From: Chiloscyllium plagiosum
Taxonomy: Eukaryota
Length of the DNA: 64,000 nt
Assembly (NCBI RefSeq): GCF_004010195.1
Contig: NC_057718.1
Coordinates: forward strand, 77,016,079-77,080,078
Reading direction: 5' to 3'
The position numbers were made by a program, and so were the translations under genes. A model generated the notes under the pieces. That model saw nothing but the letters and a program-made list of their open reading frames with translations. It was not told where the DNA came from and ran no database searches. Shown piece after piece: positions 38,641 to 49,540 of the stretch (positions are counted from its first letter, which is position 1; the number at the start of each line of letters is the position of its first letter).

Positions 38641-38924
38641 TGTTTTCTTTTAACCCTGCAGTGAGAAGCTTGGGTTGATTGGTTCAGCACATTACAGTGA
38701 AAAAAAACAAAATTGTGCTGTTGCTTAGTGACAGGGATCCAATGGCATCGAAAAACAGAACAATCCACAAAGTAAGTCAGCCTGTAACTGTGAGTGGCAT
38801 GAGGTAAGGCAGCTGGACACAGTTTAGGGAACTCCTGTACTTGTTTTGAACTTAAAGTCATTGTGAGTTTAGTATATTGGTTGTTCTAGGTAGCTCAGAG
38901 AGAGAGATATCAGCTGATATCAGA

Positions 38925-39117
38925 TATCTTTACTCAGCGAGCCGTGAGTTCATGGAATGCCCTGCCAGTAGCAGTGGTGGACTCTCCCTCTTTAAACGGG
39001 CATTGGATAGGCATATGGAGGATAGTGGGATAGTGTAGGTTAGGTGGGCTTGGATTGGCGCAATATCGAGGGCCAAAGGGCCTGTACTGCGCTGTATTTT
39101 TCTATGTTCTATGTTCT
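38925..39117 (+). mobile_element. CR1 3' fragment, subfamily of 13686-15212
   Basis: Matches the reverse complement of 13686-13880. Confidence 0.85.
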
Positions 39118-39617
39118 AACATCTATGACTCAGTGACCGCACAGAAATTTGAAGCAAAACTGTGCCAGCCTAAATCTGAAGATGGAATTTTATTGTGGAG
39201 ACAATGGTAACTCTTCAATGAGATTTGAGTGTAAGTCTATTGTTGGGATAAAATGAACAGTGCAAGTTTAATCCACTTCAGACTGTGACGAATTCTTCCA
39301 ATCTTTTGTGTTTTATGTTGTCATATAGGTCACATTTAATAAATGCTTGTCCTTGTTTTACAAGCATGCTCTCAAACTCATGTGAATGTGTTCAGCATCT
39401 GACCTCCATGGTTATAAAAGATACAAATTTAGGATCTATCAATCCAAGTTTCATTCTGGATCTGACTTGCCAGTATTATTATTAGCTGGGATCATAACAT
39501 GACTGAAAGCTGGCTTGAGACTTCAACACTCCCAGAAGATCCTAATCTGCCTTTCCTTGGTTTGCTGCAACTCGCTGTAGCACACATTCTGCAACATTTG
39601 CTGTTTAAAACCTCAGC

Positions 39618-39812
39618 GCTTAAAAATGTGTTGATGGAAAAGCGTAGCAGGTCAGGCAGCATCAAAGGAACAGGAGAATCGACGTTTCGGGCATAAGCTC
39701 TTCTTCAGAAACGTCAATTCTCCTGTTCCTTTGATGCTGCCAGACCTGCTGCGCTTTTCCAGAACCCATTTTTAAGCTCTGATCTCCAGCATCTGCAGTC
39801 CTCACTTTCTCC
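39618..39812 (+). mobile_element. PLE fold-back mini-element
   Basis: 17-bp TSD CTGTTTAAAACCTCAGC at 39601-39617 and 39813-39829. Confidence 0.85.
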
Positions 39813-41232
39813 CTGTTTAAAACCTCAGCCTTCCTTCAAGCTCAGAACTTCAGAGCTCAAACTCAAGCAGTTAGGACTACTTCCTGTGGTTTCCAAAAGA
39901 CAAAATAAGCACAAAGGAGTTCCCACATGGAACAGTAATATTTATTCTGATTTATTGTGTGTACAATCATCTTTTCTTTCATATTTTAAGTTTATAACCC
40001 ACTGAAGAAAATATTGTATTTGACTAGAAAGAAGAATTATAATCAACTCCAAAATGCCAAGAACATGTGCAAAACTAAATGCCTAAAGACAAATTCGCTT
40101 GGTAAATGACCGGTCGATTGCGTAAACTCACATGCAACTATCAGTGTTTTGCTGAAACTTCAGTATGAAGGAAGGATCAGACCTCTCCTCAAGAGTCCAG
40201 TGGCCAATGTAAAGAACAGGTCCTTTCCTATTCCTCATGCTATTCCCAGCACTAATGGACCAGATTTCCACCTCCACATGTTGTAGTCAGGAACTCTTGC
40301 AAGATTTATTGAACAAAAGCCCTGATCCATCCCAGCATTAGTACTGTAATGATGTACAGTGGGAACAAAAGATCTATGTGGCATATGTGTAAACATAGGT
40401 GGGGAAAATAGATCCATGGCTGTGGAAGGAATGAATAGCAAGAGACCTCAGTAAATTGTAATGATCATCATATGATTGGTTTACCTCCTGAGATTATCAT
40501 GGTCATCTTATAATTGATTTACCTCAGGAGATTGTGTGCTATTTGTATTTTGTAGGGTTTCTTAGTTGGTTAAGAGATCAAAAGATTATAGATGTGGCAG
40601 ATTTGGATTTCTTGGTTAATGATCGTGCATTAAACAGTCTTATCTTTTAGAGAAAATGTCAGCATTTTCAGATGTGCACTTTCAGCTATTTGCTTGCAAA
40701 TTATTCCACAAAATATTACATAGTGACCTTGAAGTTCAGGACAAGATAGGATTAATCATCTAAATCATTAAAAATTTTCAAACTTATATACTGAAGACAA
40801 AATATTTAATTAGTGATGAGACGATTTTTAATTTCAGATTTATTAAATAATTTTCTTTTGAATCCAAGAATTATTTCTTGGAGGTCTGTTCCGTAGAATG
40901 TATCCCTTCAGGCTTCTTACTCTAGAGCTGTTTGGTTCAATTGATACTGTCTGGTAAGTTGCTTTCCACATTCTGAACATTTGAAACAATATGGTATTTT
41001 TACTGAAAAGAGTGAAATTCCTGTGTTGTTTGTAAGATTAGGTGGAACATTCCTTAAGTAAGGTATTAGATAATTTTTCCTTTAAAGTAGTTTAAGTTGA
41101 ACTAATTGACACTCTCAATAACTTAGTTGTCTATTAGGCTACCTTTAAATGTACCTTTAACTACTACTAATAGCACGTGCAGTCCTTACTTAGTTATGAT
41201 AATATATCAGCCATATCACACTGGAGGTTAAG

Positions 41233-41402
41233 ATAAAACAAAGAATGCAGTTGCTGGAAATCTAAAACAAAAGCGGAAATTGCTAGAGACACTCAGCAGA
41301 TCTGGCAGTATCTGTGGGGAAAGCAGAGTCAACATTTCAAGTCCAGTGACCATTCTTCAGAACCAAACTGGAGTTTCCCCAGCAACTTCTGTTTTTGTTT
41401 CT
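41233..41402 (-). mobile_element. Old PLE terminal-repeat element with short inverted arm
   Basis: Similar to 62-160 and 19898-20054; decayed CTGAAGA..GAAATGT on the minus strand. Confidence 0.6.
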
Positions 41403-41466
41403 TACCAGAAGTTTCCTTATTCTCAATAGGTTTTGTACCATTGAAGACATATTATCATGCTTGCAG

Positions 41467-42950
41467 ATAGAATCATAGAGTTCTACAGCACAGGAAAAGG
41501 CTGTTTGGCCCATTGAATCTACACTGGTTAAAAATAACTATCAAATGATTTTAATCCCATTTTCTAGCACTTCGCCCATAGCCTTGTATCCCTTGTCATT
41601 GCAAGTGTACATCTTAAATGTTAAGAAGATTTCTGCTCTACCATCCTTACAGGCTGTGACTTCCAGATTCCCATCAAGTGAAAAAAGATTCTCTCTAAAT
41701 GTCCTGCCCCTTAAATCTGTGCCACTTGGTCATTGAACATTTTACCATCGGGAAAAGCTCCTTCCTATCTATCCTATCTGTGCTCTTCATAATTTTATAC
41801 GTCTCTGTCATGTACACCGTCAGTCTCTTCTGCTCCAAGGAAAACACCTTGTCTGTCCAATCTCTCTCTTCATAAGTAAAAATCTCCAGTCCAGGCAACA
41901 TCCTGATAAATCTCCTCTACACACGCTCCTCTGCAATCGCATCTCTCCTATAATGTTGGTTCCAGAACTCGAGCTGTGATCTAACCAATACTTTATATGG
42001 TCGCAGCATAACCTCCCTGCTCTTAAACTCTATGCCTCAGCTAGTCAAGCCAAGTATTCCATATACTTTAAACACTTTATTCAACTGTCCCACTACCTTG
42101 ATATGCATTAGATCCCTCTGATCCTTGGTGTTTCTCACCGTTCTACCACTCCTCATGTATTCACTTGTCCTATTTGTCCTGCCAAAGTGCATCACCTCAC
42201 ACTTATTTGGATTGAATTCCATTTGCCACTGATTAGTCCATCTGAACTGCCAGCCTATGTCCTCCTGTGATTTAAGGCTATCCTTTCATTATTTACCTCC
42301 ATATAGATGTTCATATTTGCAAATTCTCTGATCAATCCTCCTACATTCCTAAATTGTCTATATAAACTTCAAAGAGCAAGTGCCCAACACTGATCCCCAT
42401 AGAACCATATTGGACCCAGTTTTCTAGTCACAAACACACCTCTTGGCCATCACTGTCTGCCTCCTGCCAAATTTCCTTGGATGCCATGGGCTCTAACATT
42501 CACCGTCAGAGTCCCAAGTGGGACTTTATCAAAGGCCTTGCTGAAGTCCAAGTAGGCTACATATAATGTATTGCTCTCAGATGCACACCCATCTGGTCAC
42601 CTTTTTGAAAAATTATATCAAGTTGGCCTGACCTCCTCTTAACCAAACTATGTTGACTTTTCCTGATTAATCCTTGCTTCTCCAAATACAGATTAATTCT
42701 ATCCCTCAGAATTGCTTCCAATAGTTTCCCTACGTTGAGCTTAGACTAACTGGTTTATGGTATCCCACTTTATCCCTTGCTCCCTCATTGAATATTAGTA
42801 CCACAGTGTTTGCCATCCAGTCGTCTGGCACCTCTCCTGTGGCTAGAGAGGAAATGAAAATTATTATCAGCATCCCTGTTATTTCCTCCCATGCCTCACT
42901 CAACAGCCTGGGATTCATTTCATCTGGTCCTGGAGATTTATTTACTTTTA
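41467..42950 (-). mobile_element. CR1 LINE (RT to 3' end), older subfamily
   Basis: SSLATGEVPDDW; MEFNPNKCEVMHFGR; MLPGLE. Confidence 0.85.
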
Positions 42951-43344
42951 AGTATATGTCTGTTGTTTTGACCCCTCGGTATCTGCTAGAAACCTCCTTT
43001 TCTCTCTATATCCAAATTTGTAAATCCCTTGCTATCTAAGTTTTGCTGGATTTATTGGTCCCACACTTTTGTCTTCTTTGGAATATATTGGACCTGATAC
43101 TTATTCAGTTCTTACAGTGCTGGATTAGAGTAGTGCTTGTTACACTATTCTTGTGCTCAATGTTTCAATATTCCCTTAGTGCTGCAAATTATTCGAACTG
43201 TTACATCATTAGCACAGCTATTCAAAGATTTTGGAAACAACCACAGTAGATGACTGATAATTCAGAAACCACAATGCAGTTTGCTATGGGAAAATGTAAA
43301 GATAAGTTTTTAACTTTCCCCTCGATGTTATGTGACTAAACCAC

Positions 43345-44325
43345 TTGGAGTGCGACAAGGATTTATGCTGGTTCCTCTACTTTTTGTAATTTACATAAAT
43401 GATTTGGAGGCGAGCATAAGAGGTACAGTTAGTAAGTTTGCAGATGACCCCAAAATTGGAGGTGTAGTGGACAGCGAAGAGGATTACTTCAGATTACAAC
43501 AGGATCTTGACCAGATGGGCCAATTGGCTGAGTATTGGCAGATGGAGTTTAATTCAAATAAATGCAAGGTGTTGCATTTTAGGAAAGCAAATCTTAGCAG
43601 GACTTATACACTTAATGGTAAGGTCCGAGGGAGTTTTGCTGAACAAAGAGACCTTGGAGTGCTGGTTGATAGCTCCTTGAAAGTGGAGTCGCAGGTAGAT
43701 AGGATAGTGAAGAAGGTGTTTAGTATGCTTTCCTTTATTGGTCAGAGTATTGAGTACAGGAGTTGGGAGGTCATGTTGCGGCTGTACAGGACATTGGTTA
43801 GGCCACGCGTGCAATTCTGGTCTCCTTCCTATTGGAAAGATGTTGTGAAACTTGAAAGGGTTCAGAAAAAATTTACAAGGATATTGCCAGGGTTGGAGGA
43901 TTTGAGCTATAGGGAGAGGCTGAACTATTTTCCCTGGAGCGTCGGAGGCTGAGGGGTGACCTTATAGAGGTTTACAAAATAATGAAGGGCATGGATAGAG
44001 TAAATAGGCAGTCTTTTCCCTGGGGTTGGGGAGTCCAGAACTAGAGGGCATAGGTTTAGGGTGAGAGGGGAAAGATATAAAAGAGACCTACGGGGCAACG
44101 TTTTCACACAGAGCTTGGTATGTGTATGGAATGAGCTGCCAGCGGGTGTGGTGGAAGCTGGTACAATTGCAACATTAAGAGGCATTTGAATATGAATAGG
44201 AAGGGTTTGGAGGGATGCGGGCCAGGTGCTGGCAGGTGGGACTAGTTTGGGTTAGGATATCTGGTGGGCATGGTTGGGTTGGACTAAAGGGTCTGTTTCC
44301 ATGCTGTACATCTCTATGACTCTAT
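43345..44325 (+). mobile_element. CR1 LINE (RT to 3' end)
   Basis: PLLFVIYINDL..SKFADD..WQMEFN..KCKVLHF; 3' tail. Confidence 0.9.
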
Positions 44326-47300
44326 GCTAAATTGTTAGTCTCCACTGGGTCTTTATTCATTTATGTCTGTTTAATAAAGTTTAACAGTATTTTATTTATA
44401 CTTTATTATTATTGCGATTTAATTATTATTTGTGCTTTATTCATACAGACACAAGAATTCTCTGGGTCATGAAATGCAAGCCATGTAATTCATTAAACCA
44501 GGTAAGAGAATGGCAATGTTTTGCACTATTCTGGCTTCAACTATAAAATTAATAAAATTTACTTTTATTTTCCAGGGGGATGAGGTGGGTTTTTTTTAAA
44601 TGGTGTCGTGAATTGGATGCGCTGTCTGAAAGGATGGCAAAAGCAGAATCAGTAATTTCAAAAGAGTTGGATAAATATCTCAAGGCGCAACTTGTAGCAA
44701 TATTGGGAAAGAGAGCAGAGGACAAGACTTAGTTGGATAACTCTTTAGAGAGACATGAATGGTTCCTGTGTTACAAACTTTTATGATTCCATGATGTGAC
44801 AAATTATTCTTCCTCTTTATATTGACAATAAAAATACAGAATAAGTGGATAATTGTGAACAATGTGCAAAAAATCCATGAACACCATCCCTTAAAGATAA
44901 ATTTAACTTTATGTTGATATATATCATTCTAAATGAACAAGTATCTTCCAGATGATTTCATAGTTTAGATTACCTGAATCAGAACTGTTAAGCAAAAACA
45001 AAAAAACATTCCAGTTGTGTTGAGGAAGGTGGGAGGTTTGATGTTGAGTGGGGCTCCTGTTTCCCTAAGTTAGAATAGAAATGTGGTGCGTTATTTATCC
45101 TATCTCTTTGAAGAAGTAGCCAACAATATTTTAATGACTATTTATTTAGCCTCTTGATATCTTTACACAGTAGGACTGACATGTTTCATATATGCTTCAT
45201 TCATTTCTTTTTGTATGTTGAAAGTGGGGTCCTAACTGAGATTGTGGTCTCTAATTTGAATATTAAAAGAACCCCCAGTCAGTTTTTTGGCAGGGGTGTT
45301 GGCCATTCATTTTAAAGTCTGCCTGAAACTTGACTCAAATGAACATATAGGTGGACTGTAGGCTCAACTTTATTAAAAGCTAGTTACTAATTGAAAACAC
45401 GTGACATTCACACAAAATTGTTTCTTGTTTCCAGCAAAGATTATCAGTATGGTTAAATAGCTTAATCTATTGCCATTATATCATTTTGAACATGATCTTA
45501 AATATTTTGCAGTATATATACTGTATATTTGTGACTCATATGGCAAATGACTTACCAATTGTAAAGCAGATTCTATGGATAGATGGGATCAATGGGAGCT
45601 GATAATTTGTTGCATGATTGATCTTGGGCAGGTCGTGTATTTTTGTTGCTAATTCAGTGCTTATCTTTTCTAATCAGAAAATCAAAAATAAAATAGGTTT
45701 TGACATGTTAAATATTCTACAAGTGCTGTATATTCTTTTGCTCATTTTTGTTCCTTAAATTGTATGCATCACAATATATTTCCAACTGTATTACAATTAT
45801 TTAATAAATGGGTTACTACTAGCAGCGGAACTCTTTGTAAATGGATAATTAGATCTTGCTTCTGATCATGGTTCATAGAAATCTCATTGGTTTTTCTTTT
45901 ACATTCAGCATAGTGGAGATTTTGATTGTATTAGCTTGTTTTGGGTGAATACTTTTGTTTTAATACCAAGTGTAATTTTGGTATTCTTGAGCACCACTTG
46001 ATTATGTAAGTTCCTCAGGAGATTTCATGAATGTGGTTAGTGTGTGATAGAGATATTGTGGTCAGTCAGACGATGGGATGCATTACATATTCTCATCACA
46101 TTCTTTCACATTGAAAAAGTAAAAAGCAAAATCACTCAGTCTTTATCAGATCTGATTGACACTGCACACCACACCAGAGTGAATTTGTATCAAGTCAAAA
46201 TGGAAATTTGATAACTCTGCAAGCAATCTAGAAAAAAACAAGTTGCATTTATATGATAGCCTTTATGATCTCTGGTAGATTCAGTGATTTACAGCTTTAA
46301 ATACTTTGCAGGTAGGGGCATTGTTGTAATGTAGGAAAAACAGGATTTATTTTCTGCAAAGGGTTCACAGTGTCCAGACAGTTAGTTTTACTGTTTTTTA
46401 TTCAGAGATAAATATTGGACAGAATATGGGGAAGAATATCCTGCTCTTTTTCAAAATAGTGCCATGAGATCTTTCTGTTTTGTCTTTAAAACTTTGCATT
46501 CACCTTTTCACATCTTATCCAAAAGATCCTTTTCTTTTCAGTAGCTATGATTTGGAGGTGAGGAGACTGCTATTGAATTAGGTATCACAATAATAACATT
46601 ACTGATTCATATTGTTGCAAGAGTAACAGTACAATGTCTGGAAGTGTTAATCATGCATTGTATTCCAGAAACATTTCAGTAGCATAATTTCTAAATCAGG
46701 AACTTACTGTACAACTATAAAGTCAAAGATCTGGAAATTGAATATTACTTTCAACTCAGAATACATTCTGAGCGTAGTACATCAAAAGTGAGAATTGTGT
46801 TTGCTCACAACTTCAATTCTAAAGTAGGTTAAGACAATCAGGTCATTCAGTCACAGTTGAGGTGTTTCGTACTGAATGCTTAGCTTTTGAAGCTGTCTGA
46901 CCTTTTGTTGAATAGCACAAATTGGTTTTACGTTTAAATCCTACACATCATTTTGTAACAAAGAAACTCCATTGATTAGTCACTGCAGTGGAACAGTTAA
47001 TGCCACTTATTCTGTACAGAGTTTGAGAGGTGCTTACTTATCTGCTCATAAAATGTAGTTAACAGTTCTTTGATTCTGTAACCAAATGAAATTAATTAGA
47101 AGCCTGCCATATCCTGGGATCACCTACCATTCCAGGTGCTGTATAAATTCACTGCACATTCTGTGGTTAAATGCATTCTGGGTAGGACCTCACTCACTCA
47201 CTCACACCAACATATACCACCTGTGCTCATGAACCTGCATCCCATTAAACTTTCTATAACTGCCATGACAAATTATTCGGCTGTGCCCACTCCTGATGGA

Positions 47301-49134
47301 TCCTCGGAGCCTCTTTTCTAACCTATGCCTTTGTAATTACTGTCTGACCCTTAGTAATCTCTATACCAACTTAGTGCCAGCTCAGTCGAACAGTACACCA
47401 ACGCATTACTCATTGTACTTTGATCTACAATGCCAAACAACAAGTATCAACCAGGGATAAACCTCCATGCTCGTAGATGAGAAAAATAAAGTTTTGCTGA
47501 ATAAACTAAATTAATTAAAGACTTCACTATATTAAGAAAAGCACTCATTATAAAACATGAATATTACATTTTAACCTCCTTCATCTCAATAAAACTTTAT
47601 AAAAATAATCATTTTCTTATTATAACCTGCATGATATCCTGCACTCTGTTCTGTTACCCTCTTGCACTTGTTTCATACATTCTGCCTGTAAAGCACATAA
47701 GACAACACTTTTCACTGTACCTCAGTACATGTGATAGTAATAAATCAAATGGAATCAAATCAAAATTAGAGCAACAAACTTTGGAGTTCATAGCCCCACA
47801 TTAAACAGTCCAGAGCCACTCCGAGCTGTCAACCAAACTATGAAGTGGAAATCACTCCATTGTGATAATGGATTCTGTCCGAACAATCATATAAAGCTAA
47901 TTTGGGCTGTTATGGTGCTATGGTAGAAGGAGGCCTGAGTTCAAGTCCCACCTGCTCTATACGTGTTGTATAACATTACTGAGCTGCTTGATTAGAAAAT
48001 ATTCACAATGCTAATCAAATAAATAAATTGAAATAGAAGGAAAACTCTTTAGTTTTTTCTTGAAAGGTTAAAACGTTTGGTGTTTTAAATGATTTAACAA
48101 TCTTGACAGGTCTACTTGACAACTTTCACAGCTACATGATAGTTTTGACAGTTTTTGTTTTGGTAGCTTTAACAGTTCTTTGACAGCTTGACAGTCTCAA
48201 AGTGTATATGCACCTTTTATGAATAAATGTGTTAATTTTCCTTAACTTTCCCAAAAGGTTCTTTAACTCTCTCAGAGGAGTCCTTACCTCCCCTAAAAGG
48301 CAGTGTTACTCCTTAAAGATTTCCTGGGTCCAAATCCAAAGTTATATCTTACCTCCCCAAAAGAAAATCCATAACGTTCAGACCTTCTGTTACGTGTCAG
48401 ACTTCAGACATTTCAAAATCATCCAGGACTACAGGAAGATAATGGTTTAAATGGAGAATCCTGAGCAGTCCATTCCCACCTGTGTGAAATTGGTAAGTGC
48501 CGTGATTCAGCATGGAACAGATAGTTTCTGGACATTTCAGTTATTTTCATCCTCTCTGGCAAAACTTTGGGCATTTATAAGGAGAATTCAAACAAATTCT
48601 TTTGAGTAGGACATGGAAGAAATATCAATCTTACAACTTTTTCCAGTGAATTTAAGAAAATTTCATCACACCGTATACTTGTCTCACTAAGGACTGATCA
48701 GGTAAGATCTGAGATGGCAGCTTAGCTCTTTGGCCCACAAGACCACTCATCACTGTTGTAAGTAGTCTTGTGGGCTAGAGCCTTGAGCATAAATCTAGCT
48801 CAGAGTGGTTAAGTCTTTCCTCTATCTCTGCTTATTTCAAGTAATTTTTGTCCTCTTGGCCTCACTCTGTGTGTGCAAGTCCAGAAAACAACTGCCCAAA
48901 GTTCAGCAGAAATTAAGAAATGATAATGAAAAAGATATCACAAAAGTGAACCATCTAGGTTTTTATAACAATCCAGTAGTTTCATACTAAACTTTACTGA
49001 TACTAAGGTTTTATTCCAGAGCCATTTATGAACTGAAATTAAATCTCTCTGTTACTGTGGTGGAATATGAAGTTCAGAGTCCAACATATTTGTCCCAGGC
49101 TTGTTAGATTACTAACCCAGTGAGATGACCACGA

Positions 49135-49540
49135 TGCAACCATTCTCTGAAAATCTCCATTGAATGTGTTAGTGGCTAACTTATATTCGTGTGTCCTTGT
49201 TCTGGACTTGTCAACAAGTAGAAGCACTTTCCCCCAATACACTCTATAAAATCCCGTCACAATTATGAAGATCTCAATCAGGTCTCTGTCTAGACTTCTT
49301 ATTTCCGAAGAAATTAGTCAATCCTGCTCAATCTTTTCTGTTAGTTCGATTCTTTTAATTCCCGTGAATCTTGTTAGTCTTTTCTGCATTTTCTCCAGTA
49401 TTATTGTATCCTTTTTCACATCTTGGCAATCAGAACTGCACTCAAAACTGCAGGTGTATTTGAAGCGAATTTCTGTGTTAATATACCTTCATTTTTCTGC
49501 TATCATTTTCTATACTTTTAGAATTATACCCATGTACTTT
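49135..49540 (-). mobile_element. Old CR1 relic
   Basis: Minus DKSRTRTHEYKL. Confidence 0.55.

Noticed and set aside
38906..38921. Perfect 16-bp palindrome GATATCAGCTGATATC
   Set aside because: Lies at the 5' junction of a truncated CR1; likely an integration by-product.
40465..40535. Imperfect ~37-bp tandem duplication
   Set aside because: Two degenerate copies only; ordinary slippage.
40813..40900. C/D snoRNA candidate starting GTGATGA
   Set aside because: No suitably placed CTGA D box or terminal stem.
43332..43952. 206-aa ORF
   Set aside because: CR1 RT fragment, not a cellular gene.
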